Part shown: positions 1 to 16,200 of the stretch, in pieces
Position numbering within the stretch: position 1 is the stretch's first letter
Layout of the letters: every line of letters starts with the position of its first letter
Source: a bacterium
Lineage (GTDB): Bacteria; Krumholzibacteriota; Krumholzibacteriia; G020349025
DNA: 64,000 nt
Direction: 5' to 3'
NCBI GenBank assembly: GCA_031362565.1
Contig: JANLSU010000039.1
Coordinates: forward strand, 32,001-96,000
The notes under the pieces: model-generated
What the model saw: the letters and a program-made list of their open reading frames with translations, nothing else
The model's database searches: none
What the model was told of the DNA's origin: nothing
Position numbers and translations under genes: made by a program

Positions 1-1072
1 GCACGTAGGCCGGCACGAAACCCGGGTAGTCGAAGGCCTGGGCGAGCCCGGCGCGTTGCGCCTGACCGCGCAAGTTGTTGCCGTAGTCGAATGCCACCGC
101 ACCGCGCGCTTGGAAATCGACAATCGCTTGGCAGTGCTGCGCCATCGATTGCAGGCTTCGTTCGATGTACTGCTGCGGACTGCGCTGCCGCAACTCGGCC
201 GCCGCTGCGAGATCGAGCCCCGCCGGCACGTAGCCGTTCAGTTCGTCGTGCGCCGACGTCTGATCGGTGACGATGTCCGGCCGGAAACCACGCCGTACGA
301 GTTCGGGTAGAACCTCGGCACAGTTCCCCACCAGTCCGATCGACAACGCCACTTTTTGAGTGCGGGCGGTTTCGGCGCGCTGCAGCGCGGCGTCGAGCGA
401 CGTCTCGAACACGTCGCAATACTTGGTTTCGACGCGCCGCTCGACGCGCGACGGGTCGACGTCGACTGCCAGACAGACGCCACCTGCCATGGTCACCGCA
501 AGGGGTTGCGCACCCCCCATACCGCCCAGTCCACCCGTCAGCACGATGCGCCCGGCGAGCGTGCCGCCGAAATGCTGCCGGCCGCACTCGACGAGCGTTT
601 CGTACGTGCCTTGCAGAATGCCCTGGGTGCCGATGTAGATCCAACTGCCGGCCGTCATCTGCCCGTACATCATCAGGCCCTTGCGGTCGAGCTCGTGGAA
701 GTGTTCCCACGTCGCCCACTGCGGCACCAAATTTGAATTGGCGAGCAGGACACGCGGCGCATCCGGGTGGGTGCGGAACACCGCCACCGGTTTGCCCGAC
801 TGCACGAGCAGCGTCTCGTCATTCTCGAGTTCGCGCAGCGTCCGCAGAATGGCGGCCAGCGATTCCCAGTTGCGCGCCGCGCGCCCGATGCCGCCGTAGA
901 CGACGAGATCCTCCGGCCGCTCGGCGACTTCCGGATCGAGGTTGTTGCACAGCATGCGAAAGGCAGCCTCTTGCAGCCAGCCCTTGCAGACGAGCGTCGT
1001 ACCGCGCGGCGCGCGAAGGGTGCGTGTCGCCAGCGCGGTTTCGAGATCGAACGGCGTGGTCGTGCCCGGCAT
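1..1072 (-). CDS. hutU: Urocanate hydratase (partial; 3' end runs off window start)
   Basis: Manual minus-strand translation from ATG at 1072 (GGAGG RBS upstream): MPGTTTPF...[50 protein letters not shown], the typical HutU N-terminus. Absent from the ORF track because there is no stop in the window. Confidence 0.95.
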   Translation of the reverse strand, partial: MPGTTTPFDLETALATRTLRAPRGTTLVCKGWLQEAAFRMLCNNLDPEVAERPEDLVVYGGIGRAARNWESLAAILRTLRELENDETLLVQSGKPVAVFRTHPDAPRVLLANSNLVPQWATWEHFHELDRKGLMMYGQMTAGSWIYIGTQGILQGTYETLVECGRQHFGGTLAGRIVLTGGLGGMGGAQPLAVTMAGGVCLAVDVDPSRVERRVETKYCDVFETSLDAALQRAETARTQKVALSIGLVGNCAEVLPELVRRGFRPDIVTDQTSAHDELNGYVPAGLDLAAAAELRQRSPQQYIERSLQSMAQHCQAIVDFQARGAVAFDYGNNLRGQAQRAGLAQAFDYPGFVPAYV

Positions 1073-1163
1073 CGAAAACCTCCGAGATCGCGTCCGGGGC
1101 ATCCTACCGCACCAGCTGCCGCCTTTGGAACAAGAGCGCTTCGGGCGGCGGTCGCGGCCGTCG

Positions 1164-1172
1164 TGCTAGGCT
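1164..1172 (+). promoter_or_regulatory. Possible extended -10 element (TGcTAGGCT), possibly a leaderless transcript
   Basis: TGn-TAnnnT ends 7 nt before the ATG at 1180, and there is no SD motif. Confidence 0.3.
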
Positions 1173-1179
1173 CCAGCAC

Positions 1180-1965
1180 ATGAGTCGCATCCTGCTCATC
1201 CACTGGAATGCTGCCGAAGCCGCCGTGCGTGCGGCGCGTCTCGAGCGCGCTGGGCATCGGGTGGCGATTTTTTCGGAGCCGCGCCAGGGTGACGCTCTCA
1301 AGGCGTTTCGCAGCCCGCCACCCGACGCCATCCTCGTCGATTTGGGGCGCTTGCCGTCGCACGGCCTGGCGGTCGCGCAATGGTTCCGGCAGAACAAGTC
1401 GACACGCCACGCCGCGTTGGTCTTCGTCGAAGGCACCGCCGACAGAGTCGCGAAGGCGCGCGCCCTCCTGCCGGACGCCACCTTCACGCGCTGGACGCGG
1501 CTTGCGACCGTGCTCACCCACGCGCTCCACCAACCGGTCGCGAAACCGGCCGTGCCGGGTACCATGGCCGGCTACTCCGGCACGCCCTTGCCCAAAAAAC
1601 TCGGGATTGGTGTTGGGGCCAGCGTCGCGCTTCTCGACGCGCCGCTGGATTTCGCGGCAACACTCGGTTCGCTCCCGCAAGACGTCACGGTGAGCCGGCA
1701 AGCGCGCGGCACCGCGGACGTTGTTCTTCTGTTCACGAAATCGCGCGCCGATCTCGACCGGCGCTTCGCCGCCGCCACGCGCGGCCTCGCGCCGCGCGGC
1801 AAACTCTGGATTGCCTGGCCCAAAAAGGCCTCAGGCCTGCAGACCGATCTCGGCGAAGCCACGGTGCGCACCTATGGTCTCGAACGCGATTTCGTCGACT
1901 ACAAGATCTGCGCCATCGACACCACGTGGTCCGGCCTCTGCTTCGCCCGCCGCCGCAAGGCCTAG
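1180..1965 (+). CDS. Receiver-like domain fused to a DUF3052-family domain
   Basis: N-terminus MSRILLIHW...PPPDAILVDLGRLPSHG resembles a REC fold. C-terminus MAGYSGTPLPKKLGI...LWIAWPKKASG...DYKICAIDTTWSGL is DUF3052-like. Confidence 0.7.
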   Translation: MSRILLIHWNAAEAAVRAARLERAGHRVAIFSEPRQGDALKAFRSPPPDAILVDLGRLPSHGLAVAQWFRQNKSTRHAALVFVEGTADRVAKARALLPDATFTRWTRLATVLTHALHQPVAKPAVPGTMAGYSGTPLPKKLGIGVGASVALLDAPLDFAATLGSLPQDVTVSRQARGTADVVLLFTKSRADLDRRFAAATRGLAPRGKLWIAWPKKASGLQTDLGEATVRTYGLERDFVDYKICAIDTTWSGLCFARRRKA

Positions 1966-2080
1966 AGTCCAGGACGAGCGGTCGAAGCGCGGACATGGGG
2001 ATCGATCAAGACGCTCTACCAATAGCCGGCGGCACGCGGGGGCACTGCTGTGCACCCTCGGGCTGTGCACGGTCGCAGTG

Positions 2081-3610
<1,530 letters not shown>

Positions 3611-3665
3611 GCTGCGCGCCTTCCTCTCTTCCTTACCGCATCGTGCCCGACCGCGGCAGGGCGCG

Positions 3666-4256
3666 TCAACCAACGCTCGAACGGCGCAGAATGCGCCGCA
3701 CAATTGCCTGGCGCTTGGAGCGTCGTGCCACCTCGGTGAAGCCGGCCTTCCGGAACGCCGAGATGAAGCCATTCCAGGCGAACACACTCGGCATCGACAC
3801 CGACTCCGGCACGATCGGGTAGCCCTCGACGGCCGGCGCACCGTGTTGGCGCGCGTATTTCACCGCCGCTTCGATCAAGCCCACCGTGATGCCGCGGCCG
3901 CGCCATTCACGCGCCACAAAGAGGCAGGGCACCGACCACACGGGTGTGTCATCGACCGGTTTGAGATTGCGGGCCCGCTCGAGGCGCGGATATTCGGTGC
4001 GCGGTGCAATGGCGCACCAGCCGACGGGTTCGTTGCCGGCGTAGGCGATGATGCCCGGCGCCCGTGCCGCGCCGACCAGCCGGCGCAAGAGGTGCTTGTT
4101 CAGAGCCCCCTTCCGGGTACGAAATTCGGCGGCGCTTTGCCGGTAGTACATGCACCAGCATCCGGCGCAGGCGCCGCGCGGCCCAAAGAGCTTTTCGAGA
4201 TCGTCCCAGTGATCGGCCGTCGCCGGCTTGAATTTCAAACGGGGTGTGTCTCGCAT
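3666..4256 (-). CDS. GNAT family N-acetyltransferase
   Basis: LFGPRGACAGCWCM, VGWCAIAPR, WSVPCLFVAREWRGRG (AcCoA motif), VEGYP. Confidence 0.85.
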   Translation of the reverse strand: MRDTPRLKFKPATADHWDDLEKLFGPRGACAGCWCMYYRQSAAEFRTRKGALNKHLLRRLVGAARAPGIIAYAGNEPVGWCAIAPRTEYPRLERARNLKPVDDTPVWSVPCLFVAREWRGRGITVGLIEAAVKYARQHGAPAVEGYPIVPESVSMPSVFAWNGFISAFRKAGFTEVARRSKRQAIVRRILRRSSVG

Positions 4257-6808
4257 CCCAATCCTTGGCGCGGCGAATGAATTTCGAACCACTCGCGGAC
4301 CGATTCGACGAGGGTCTCCGAATCCGCGAAGACCACCGGTTCGACCGGCAGGGCGCGGCGGAATGCGGCGCCGTAATTGCGCTCGCCGAGCCGCGAATCG
4401 AGCAACAGCACGACGCCCCGGTCGTGACGCGAACGCACCAGCCGGCCGAAGCCCTGCCGAAAACGCAGCACGGCATCCGGCAAGAGATAGGCGCCGAAAG
4501 GACTCTCGCCGCGCGCTTTCAGGCGTTCGCAACGGGCCTCGACAATGGGTTCATCCGGCACCAAGAACGGCAGCTTGCCGATGGCCAGCACTTCGAGCGC
4601 ATCGCCCGGGAAATCGACGCCTTCCCAGAAGCTCGCGGTGCCGAGCAAGATGGCGCCGGGTGTCGCGACGAAGCGTGCCGCCACCGTTTCGCGGCTGCCG
4701 GAGACTTCCTGCGCCAAGAGCGGCGCGTGCGGCCCGAGCCGCCGCAAGAGTTGCGAGTAGAGCTTGCGAACCGTGGCATGCGCGGTGAGCAAAACCAAAG
4801 TGCGGCGCCCGGTCGCGCCCAGAACTGCGGCGAGAAGCGCCGCCACCTCCACTTCGTAGGCGGGGTCGCCGTAGGCGGGCAAGTATTGCGCTTGGGCGAC
4901 GAAACACTGGGACGGGTAGTCGAAGGGCGACGGCACGACGAGCTGCCGCGTCGTACCCGGCAATCCGACCCGCTCGATAAAAGCGTCCAACGAGCCCTCG
5001 ATCGCCAGCGTCGCCGACGTGTACACCGCGCCGCCACCCGAGCCGAGTAACCGCCGCACCGCGGGCGCGACGTCGAGCGGTGAGGCCAAGACTTCCCGGA
5101 CGCGCGATCCGTCGAGGGCGACCGCGAACGCCCAGTCCTCGTCGTTGCCGGTGGTCACAAAGTCGAGCGCCGCCCGCAGTTCCCCGAGCAGCCCGTCCAA
5201 GACTTCGAGAACCGCGCTCGCCGCGTCGGCGGCGTCCGGTTCGGCACCGAGGGAGTGCTCTTGCTGCAGTTCGGCCGCCGTGCGCCGCGCCGCATCGAGT
5301 GCGAGGCCGCACCGCGCGACGGCCGCGCTGAGCGGCGCGAAGACTTCGTCGCCGTCACGATAGCGCTGGCGCGGCTTGCGGCCGGCGAGCGCCGGGATTT
5401 GCGCCTCGAGTTCGTCCAGCAGATCGAGGAGTGCGGTGCGCGCCGCCGCCACTTCCCGTGTCCAGGCGATAAAACGCGGCGCGAACTCGGCAGCGTTCGT
5501 CGGCCGCGCCGCAAGCCGGCCGAGCGGCGCGACGAGCGCATCGGCCTGGGAGCGGCCGAGCCGGACCGACAAGTGTTCGGTCGCCACGGCGTCCAACTGG
5601 TGTGCTTCGTCGACGACGAGTCCGTCGGTGCGCCCGAGGATGCCGCCCTCGGCAAGCGCATCGGAGAACAGCAACGCATGATTGACGACCACGAGATCGG
5701 CGCGCCGCGCGGCGTCACGCGCCACGTACACCGGGCACGGGTGATCGCCACGGCAGGATGGACCCCGGCACGTTTCGCGCCGGGCGGCGATTTCGCGCCG
5801 CACTCGCGCCTCGACGAAGGGCGCAATCTCGACCAGTTCACCGCCCGGACTCGACAGCGACCACATCAAGACCTGGGCGAGCTCGAAACTGCCCTCCGTG
5901 CTCGCCGCGGTGCGCGCCGCCCGCGTCAATGCCGCGCGGCAGAAATAGTTTTCGCGCCCCAGGAGCTTCGCGAACTGCAGTCCCGTCCCACCATCCGGCC
6001 GCAGATAGCTCTCGAGCGCAAAAGCCGCCCACAGTTCCGGCAGGTCGCGCGCCACGAGTTGGTGCTGCAGATTGCGGGTGTGCGTCGAGAGCACGATGCG
6101 GTCGCCACGCCCGGCGGCCAGCAACATCGCGGGCAGCGCATAGGCGATGGTCTTGCCGACGCCGGTTCCGGCCTCGACGACGAGGTCGTGTTTCGCGAGC
6201 AACGCATCCAACACCGAGTGCGCCATCTCGACCTGCTCGGGCCGCGGCTCGAAGGGCCGGTCGGACGCTGCACGCCGCCAGGCGTAGAGATGTAAGAAGG
6301 CGCGGTCGAGGAGTTCATGCGGCGCGACATCCGGCCAGTCGAACACCGGGGTGTCGGCAACTGGCGCGGTCGCTGGAGCGAGAACCAACGCCCCGGGACG
6401 CCCGCCGCGCATCGCCGCCATCGCCATCTCGGCGAGGGCGCGGTTCAGAAGCGTGCCGAGCGGCGCATCACCGGGCGGCATGAGTTGCGCCGCGACGCGC
6501 AACACTTCGCCATTCGGGGCGAGCCGCCTGACGGCCCGCACGTAGCTCGCGCCGATCTCGTGGCCCGATTTCCCGCCGCCGGTTTCCGCCGGCGCGATGA
6601 GCGCCATCACCCGGTCGGCGTGCACGCACAGCGCACCCGTCGTCTGCCACGTCCCCAGCGCCGCGCGATCGAGACCACGGTGCAAAACGAGCCGCGCGCC
6701 CGGGCGCGGCCCGGCGGCCGCGACACCCGCTTCGAAATGACACACCTCGACGCCATCGGCATCCTGCCGCACGACCACGAAGTCGAGCGGCAAGAGCATC
6801 GTTTGCAT
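4235..6808 (-). CDS. dinG: DinG/YoaA family ATP-dependent DNA helicase
   Basis: FEPRPEQ Q-motif, EAGTGVGKT, Fe-S cysteines (NYFC...CRGPSC...PC), DEAH, TSATL, SFWEGVD, FRQGFGRLVR. Start assigned to the ATG at 6808. Confidence 0.88.
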   Translation of the reverse strand: MQTMLLPLDFVVVRQDADGVEVCHFEAGVAAAGPRPGARLVLHRGLDRAALGTWQTTGALCVHADRVMALIAPAETGGGKSGHEIGASYVRAVRRLAPNGEVLRVAAQLMPPGDAPLGTLLNRALAEMAMAAMRGGRPGALVLAPATAPVADTPVFDWPDVAPHELLDRAFLHLYAWRRAASDRPFEPRPEQVEMAHSVLDALLAKHDLVVEAGTGVGKTIAYALPAMLLAAGRGDRIVLSTHTRNLQHQLVARDLPELWAAFALESYLRPDGGTGLQFAKLLGRENYFCRAALTRAARTAASTEGSFELAQVLMWSLSSPGGELVEIAPFVEARVRREIAARRETCRGPSCRGDHPCPVYVARDAARRADLVVVNHALLFSDALAEGGILGRTDGLVVDEAHQLDAVATEHLSVRLGRSQADALVAPLGRLAARPTNAAEFAPRFIAWTREVAAARTALLDLLDELEAQIPALAGRKPRQRYRDGDEVFAPLSAAVARCGLALDAARRTAAELQQEHSLGAEPDAADAASAVLEVLDGLLGELRAALDFVTTGNDEDWAFAVALDGSRVREVLASPLDVAPAVRRLLGSGGGAVYTSATLAIEGSLDAFIERVGLPGTTRQLVVPSPFDYPSQCFVAQAQYLPAYGDPAYEVEVAALLAAVLGATGRRTLVLLTAHATVRKLYSQLLRRLGPHAPLLAQEVSGSRETVAARFVATPGAILLGTASFWEGVDFPGDALEVLAIGKLPFLVPDEPIVEARCERLKARGESPFGAYLLPDAVLRFRQGFGRLVRSRHDRGVVLLLDSRLGERNYGAAFRRALPVEPVVFADSETLVESVREWFEIHSPRQGLGCETHPV

Positions 6809-6828
6809 GGGGTGCCGCCCGGCCACGT

Positions 6829-10087
<3,259 letters not shown>

Positions 10088-10100
10088 TAGACTCGGGTGC

Positions 10101-11321
10101 ATGACGCCCACGGCGACGAAATCAACCGCCTCGATCCCGGTCCAAGCCGCGCGCCGGCTGTTCTTGCACGCTCAAGGCATGCTCGACGATCCGGCGCGAC
10201 GCGCCACGCCCGCCAGCGTCTATGCCCTCATCGAGCGCATGGGATTCGTGCAGATCGATTCCATCCGGATCGTCGAACGCGCCCATCATCTGACCCTCGC
10301 CGCCCGGCTCGACGGCTACCGGCCGGCGATGCTAACCCGGCTCCTCGAACGCGACCGGCGCCTCTTCGAACATTGGACGCACGATGCCGCGGTGATTCCA
10401 ACCGTGTGGTTCGCGCATTGGCGGCAGCGCTTCGCGCGCTATCACGGCGTCATCGGGCGGCATAAATGGTGGCGCGAGCGTCTCGGCCCGGACAAGGAGC
10501 GGATCGTGGCCCAGGTCCTCGACCGGATCCGCGCCGAAGGGCCGCTGCAGGCGAAGGATTTCGAACCGGAGACACCACGCGGCGCGAGTGGCGGCTGGTG
10601 GGGTTGGACGCCCGAGAAAGCGGCGCTCGAGTTCCTGTGGCACACGGGCCAACTGGCCATCGCGCGGCGCGTTCAGTTCCAGAAGGTCTACGATTTGACC
10701 GAACGTGTCTTTCCCCAAGCCTTGCTGGCCGCCGCACCCGACGCGCGCGCCCTCGAGGATTGGATGTGCGGCGAAGCGCTGGCGCGCCTCGGCGTCGCGA
10801 CGGCGCGCGAGATTGCGGCGTACTGGGGCATGGTGTCGCTGCCGGAAGCGAAGGTGTGGTGCGAAGCGGCTGCCGGCCAGGGCGCGATTGTACCGGTCGG
10901 CGTCGAAACGGCGGATGGCAGCCGGCCGTTTCCAGCCTGGGCCGGCGCCGATTGGCAACGGCGCGTCGCGCGCCTACCCGAGGCGCCGGAGCGGCTTCGC
11001 GTCCTCTGCCCATTCGATCCCGTCGTGCGCGACCGGGCCCGCACCCGCCGTCTCTTCGGATACGACTACGCCTTCGAAGCCTTCACGCCCGCCGCCAAGC
11101 GCCAATATGGTTACTACGTGCTGCCGCTCTTCGAAGGTGAACGATTCGTCGGCCGCGCCGACGCGGCGCGCGAGAGCGAGCAACTGCTCGTGCGCCGTGT
11201 CTGGTGGGAGCCCGGCGTGCGGCCGACCACGGCTCGCAAGCGCGCCTTGCAGCAAGCCTTCGAACGTCTCGCAACCTCCGTCGACCTGGACACCGTCGTC
11301 GTGCCACGCGCCGCACGCTAG
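10101..11321 (+). CDS. YcaQ/AlkZ-like (HTH_42) DNA crosslink-repair glycosylase
   Basis: VQIDSI (QxD motif), LFEHWTHDA, WWGW, PFDPVVRDRAR, RQYGYYVLP. Confidence 0.85.
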   Translation: MTPTATKSTASIPVQAARRLFLHAQGMLDDPARRATPASVYALIERMGFVQIDSIRIVERAHHLTLAARLDGYRPAMLTRLLERDRRLFEHWTHDAAVIPTVWFAHWRQRFARYHGVIGRHKWWRERLGPDKERIVAQVLDRIRAEGPLQAKDFEPETPRGASGGWWGWTPEKAALEFLWHTGQLAIARRVQFQKVYDLTERVFPQALLAAAPDARALEDWMCGEALARLGVATAREIAAYWGMVSLPEAKVWCEAAAGQGAIVPVGVETADGSRPFPAWAGADWQRRVARLPEAPERLRVLCPFDPVVRDRARTRRLFGYDYAFEAFTPAAKRQYGYYVLPLFEGERFVGRADAARESEQLLVRRVWWEPGVRPTTARKRALQQAFERLATSVDLDTVVVPRAAR

Positions 11322-11379
11322 CATTCCGAAGGACTGGCGGAGTGCGGTCGATGCGCATCGGACGATGCGGCGCTGGAGT

Positions 11380-13218
11380 TCAGAAGCGCTGTTGGAAGGC
11401 GACGTGGACTTTGGTCGACGAGAAACTGTGCTCCTCGCCGATGCCGAACGAGACGTCGAGGGCGCCGGTCGCGACTTGCGCGCGCATGCCGACCCCGGTT
11501 CCTACATGGGCGCTTTCGTCGCGTGGCGCGGCCCGCACCCGGCGGCGTAACGCACCGGCATCCAGGAAGGCGTACAACTGCGCCACGCGCCGGTCGCCGT
11601 AGCGATATTCGAGGCCGCCATAGGCCACCTGGTCGCCGCGGAACTGCGCTTCGCGATAGCCTCGCAAGGTGCGCGCGCCGCCGAACTCGAAAAGTTCGCT
11701 GACCGGCACTTCGGCCTCGTCGCTCGTCAACGCGTGCCATTCACCACGCGCTGCGATGACGTGGCGCAGCGCGAGTGGCAGGCCGGCTTCGAACCGCCCG
11801 CCCCAGATCGTTTGGCGGACGCGATCGTGATCGGCGCCGGCCGGTGAACGCAGGTCGTTGCGCCGGTGCGCGGTTTCGGCACGCACTTCGAAGGTGCCGA
11901 ACCGGCCGCCATCCTCTTCACGCCCCAGACTCGTGAAACGCAGGCCGACGTTGCCCCGCCATCGCAGCGTGTTGCCCGTGACGCCGGCACTTGCTCCGCC
12001 GCCGGCGGCAATCGTCGGATGGAACACCGAGCGGTCGAGGGCTCCGCCTGCGGTGAGCGCGAGGTTGCGATTCAACGGCCACTCGGCCGCGAATCCCGCC
12101 GTCTGCCATGTCGAGGTCGAGTCGCGCTCGGTTTGCGACAAATCGACACCCAGGTCGAGCGGCAGGCCGAACCAGAAGCGCTCGCGATAGGCGACCGCGA
12201 GCCGGCTGCCGATGAGCCCATCGCGCTTCCATGCAAGATCGATATCGCGCCCACTGCCGACCAGATTGCGGAGCGCGAGCTCGACACTGCCGGTCAAGTA
12301 CGGCCGGTCGCGGCGCGGGTCGCGGGCGACGCCCACCGCTCCGAAGGCGCTGTTGCGCCGCGGCGCTTCGACAACGCGCAAGAGCACGCCGACATCATTG
12401 CCTTGAATCCGATAGATCCGCGGTGGCTCGACGGACGCGAACAAGCCGCTCCGTCGCAAGAGCGCCGGCGCGTCGCGAATCTGCCGAATGTCCGCCGCCC
12501 GCGGTGTCGCGAGCCCCGCGAGCCGCTCGACAAGGGCGGCACGCGACAGCGTGTTGCCCTGCACCTGCACCTCGGCGAGCCGGCTCGTTTCGCCCTCACT
12601 GATGGCGATCCCGGCGATGACGCCCGCGGGGCCGACCTCCCAGCGTTCGAGCACCGCTTCGGCGTCCAAATAGCCGCGGCGCGCATACTCCTCGACGAGT
12701 CCCACGAGCCGCGCTTCGACGTCGGCCGGACGCGCGATCGTGCCGGCCGGGAGCGCGAGGATTTCGCGCCCGACGGTTTCCGGGAGCGCGCGGCTGCCGC
12801 GCATGAACAATTGCGCCAGGCGCGTCTCGTGGCCCTCATCGATGCGAATGCGCAAGGTGTCGCCGCCCGCCGGCTCGAGGTCGAACGTCGCACCGAAAAA
12901 CCCGCGTTCGGTGTAGAGCGCGGCGAGCCGGCGGGCCGGCGCTTCCAGACTGTCGCGCGCCACGGACGCGCCCACGGCGTCGCGAATTGCCGCCGCGTCG
13001 ACGTGACGCGCGCCACGCACATCGAGCCTGGTGAACGGCGCGGCGGCGAGCGGCGGCGCGGCGGCGGCGGGAAGCTCCGTCCCGAACGCCGGCACGGTGC
13101 TCTGGCAACCAACGGCGAGCACCGCAGCGATCATCCGGCGGCGCGTCTCGCCCCCGACCCACGGCACCAAGCGCCGCCACTTTTGCCATGCACGCCGGCG
13201 CGGTTCAGAAGATCGCAC
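11380..13218 (-). CDS. BamA/TamA-family (Omp85) outer-membrane protein with POTRA domains
   Basis: POTRA-like repeats (YARRGYLDA, VQVQGNTLS), RNLVGSG, FGGARTLRGYRE, C-terminal FQQRF. Start is uncertain. Confidence 0.8.
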   Translation of the reverse strand: MRSSEPRRRAWQKWRRLVPWVGGETRRRMIAAVLAVGCQSTVPAFGTELPAAAAPPLAAAPFTRLDVRGARHVDAAAIRDAVGASVARDSLEAPARRLAALYTERGFFGATFDLEPAGGDTLRIRIDEGHETRLAQLFMRGSRALPETVGREILALPAGTIARPADVEARLVGLVEEYARRGYLDAEAVLERWEVGPAGVIAGIAISEGETSRLAEVQVQGNTLSRAALVERLAGLATPRAADIRQIRDAPALLRRSGLFASVEPPRIYRIQGNDVGVLLRVVEAPRRNSAFGAVGVARDPRRDRPYLTGSVELALRNLVGSGRDIDLAWKRDGLIGSRLAVAYRERFWFGLPLDLGVDLSQTERDSTSTWQTAGFAAEWPLNRNLALTAGGALDRSVFHPTIAAGGGASAGVTGNTLRWRGNVGLRFTSLGREEDGGRFGTFEVRAETAHRRNDLRSPAGADHDRVRQTIWGGRFEAGLPLALRHVIAARGEWHALTSDEAEVPVSELFEFGGARTLRGYREAQFRGDQVAYGGLEYRYGDRRVAQLYAFLDAGALRRRVRAAPRDESAHVGTGVGMRAQVATGALDVSFGIGEEHSFSSTKVHVAFQQRF

Positions 13219-16200
13219 GCGTCTCCGCTTTTACATCCCAAGTCGAGCGGCCGTCGGTATTGCGCACGCCGCTGTAGGACAAGTTGAGATTCAGATTCTG
13301 CCCGAGCCGGTAACTCCCCGACAGCGACCCGCTCGTCTTGGTGCCGGGTGCGTCGAAAAAGAACGGCGGCAGCACGTCCGGGGGTTTGTGCTCGACCACA
13401 TGCGTCGCCGCGAGACTCGCAAAGAGCCGCAAGTTGCGGAGCGGCGCGATCGTTGCAGACGGCGTCCAGGTGACGAGTTGTTGACGCGTCGTCGAGATGG
13501 CGTCATGTTGCGCCGTCCACTCGACGTCGAATTGCAGACGCTCGCTCGCCGACAAGCGATAACCAATCCGCCCGGCCAAAGCGCCGAACCGGACGTCGTG
13601 CGACCCCGACGACGACCGCCCGGGCACGACACCGTCGAGCGCGCCGCGGCGGGCACGCGACCCCAAACCGCTTTCCGCCCCTACGGACCAACGCTGCACG
13701 CCGGTCCGGTCCCAACGCAGAGTGCCCGACGATTGCCGCGTCCGAACGCCGGCGCCGGTGAAACGCCCGTCCAGTTCCTTCTCGGCTTCGAGACGCAGCT
13801 TCAGAGCGTCGCGCGATGCACCGCTCAGGAAGGACCATTCTTGGCGGGCATTGAACGACCCGAACACCGTGGCACCGGTTTGATACGCCGACGGCACCAA
13901 GAGGTAGAGGTCGCGGCGGTGATCCGAGCGCGATTGTTCTTTCACGCCGAGCGTTTGCAACAACGATACGTTGCGCCGGAACCAGCCCGGACTGGAATCG
14001 GGTGCGGCACTCGACAGCGTCGTGAAGCCACCGAGTTCGAGCCGCCAGGTTGCCTCCACGGAACCGACGTTCTCCGGATCGCCGCTGAAGCGAAAGACCT
14101 TGTCGAACAGGCCTTGGTCCTTGCCGACGGCGTGGCCTTCGGCGTCGTAGTCGCCGTGACCGTCGGGTGCCAGGACCAGCACTTGCTGCAACGTGCGCAC
14201 TGCTTCCTCGCCGATTTCATAGCGCCATTCGGTGCGCACCGCCGTGTGGCGCGGATTCCAGCTCAACACCGCCCGCGCCAAGTCGGAGCGCGTTGCAGCA
14301 CTTGCATCGCCGCCACGCGGCTCGTTCGTGCGGCGTGACACCCCCAGTTCGGCGCCGAATCCGAGGCTCGGGCGCGCCAGCATTTCGAGCCCCCAGGTAT
14401 CGTTGCGCCGCGCTTCTGCCCATTCGCCCAGACCCGCGGCGCGTTCCGTTCCGGGCCGGCGCGCATCGGTGTCGCGCCGGCCGAATTCCACCGCGGCGGT
14501 GGTGCGGTGGGTTTCGCGGAGCGCGATCCGCAGGCGTGTGTCGAGGTAACGGTAGCTCGAACGCGCGAATGAATCGGCGTCGGCGCGCACGAACTCGTCG
14601 CGCTCGACGTGCAGCTCGGGGACCACCGGGCCAAGCCCGAAACGCCCTGCCGCCTGGCGCAGTCCACGCGTCCGGCCGGCATCCGCGCCGAGCCCTGGAC
14701 GCGCCGTGTCGAGTCCTTGCCAGCGGAATTCGGCGCTGCGTTCGGCGTGCCCCAACCCCAGATCGAGTTGCAAGCGGTCGGTGCGCAGGTCGGCTCGCCG
14801 GTCGAGCCGGCCGGCGTTGGCGTCGATGCGTAGGCGGTTCGCGGCCGCCGCCCAGTGCAGCGTTGTCTCCGTGATGCGCTCGGTATCGCGCAGTGAATCG
14901 CTCTCGGCGTTCCAGTCCTTGTAGTAGAACGCCGGGCGGCCGCGATCCGGGGAGCGAAAGCGCGCCGAGCGTTCCGCCCAGTGGGCGGCGAGGGCCACGC
15001 TCCCGGCGCGTCCGAGCGAGCGGGCGCCGGAATCGCCGCTGATTTCGAGTGCCTCACCGCGGTTGTCGTCATCGTCGCGGCTCGAAAATTGATTCGCATC
15101 GAAATCCGAGAGCGACGCTTCGGCGCGGAGGTGGGCACCCTTCCATGGCGCCGTTTCGATGTCGCCGGTGACCAAGCGCTGCCGGCCCGCCGGTGTGAGA
15201 CGGCGGCCAATCGCGAAGTCACCGTGCGCCGCGCCGACGAAGCGGAAAATTCGCCGCCCCGACAGCGCGTCCAAGCTGTCGTCGTAGGCACCGCGCGACG
15301 GACCAGCCTCGTAGAAATCGACCTCGAGATCGCCCGTCACCGGGTCAAAGCGGACGATCGTCGAATCGATGCCATCGCGCCGGTACGAACCGTGCCCGGC
15401 GCCGACGACACGAATTCCGGCGGCGATGGCGCCACCATCACCGGCGGCCGTGAGCGCGGCGATTTCCTCCGGCCCATAGGCGCCGCCCACCGGCTTGTTG
15501 CGCACATCGCCATCGTCGAGCGCGAATCCCCGCCAACGCCACGCCGCCGCGCCGCCTTCGACGCGCGCGCTCTTTGTCTCGCGCCGATACCGTTGGTTCG
15601 CGACTTGGAAGTCGACGCCGATTTCGGTGTCGGCGGTCATGCGCCGGTGGCTCGTGAACCGCACTTCGCCGCGGTCGTAGTCGATGACGTAGTCCTGGTT
15701 CTCGCCGCGGCGTTGGAGCGCGCCGTCGACGTAGACGCGTTCACTGCCTGGGACCAGGGTCGAAAACTCGAGCCGGCGCACCGACAACAATTCGTACGGG
15801 CCTTGCTTGCCTTCCGTGCCGCGGAAGGTGGCGGTGGCGAATTCGCCACGCGCCAGGCCGGCGCCGAGCGCCAGAGTCTCGTTGCCGAAATGCAGCCGCA
15901 ATTCACCGCCGCGCAGGTCGCGCCGCACCGCGGTGAGATCGCCGGGGCGCTCGAGCGTGTAGTCGCCCAACACTCCGCCCACGACCGGACCCTGCACTTC
16001 GATGAACACCTTGCTCAAGTCGCCCAGTTCCTCGGTGTTGCCTTCGGGGAGCACCGGCAAATTGTCGTCGGCCAACACCGCGTTCACACGCAGGCCTTCC
16101 CCCAAGTCACCCGCCGCCTCGACGCGCAGGGATTGATCGATCGTCGCATCGCGATTGCGTCCCAGCGAGACGCCGATCGTCTTGGAGCCCGACAAACGCA

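Noticed and set aside
2043..2080. Imperfect hairpin between the convergent DUF3052 and hutH genes
   Set aside because: Bulged stem with no U-tract; too weak to call a terminator.
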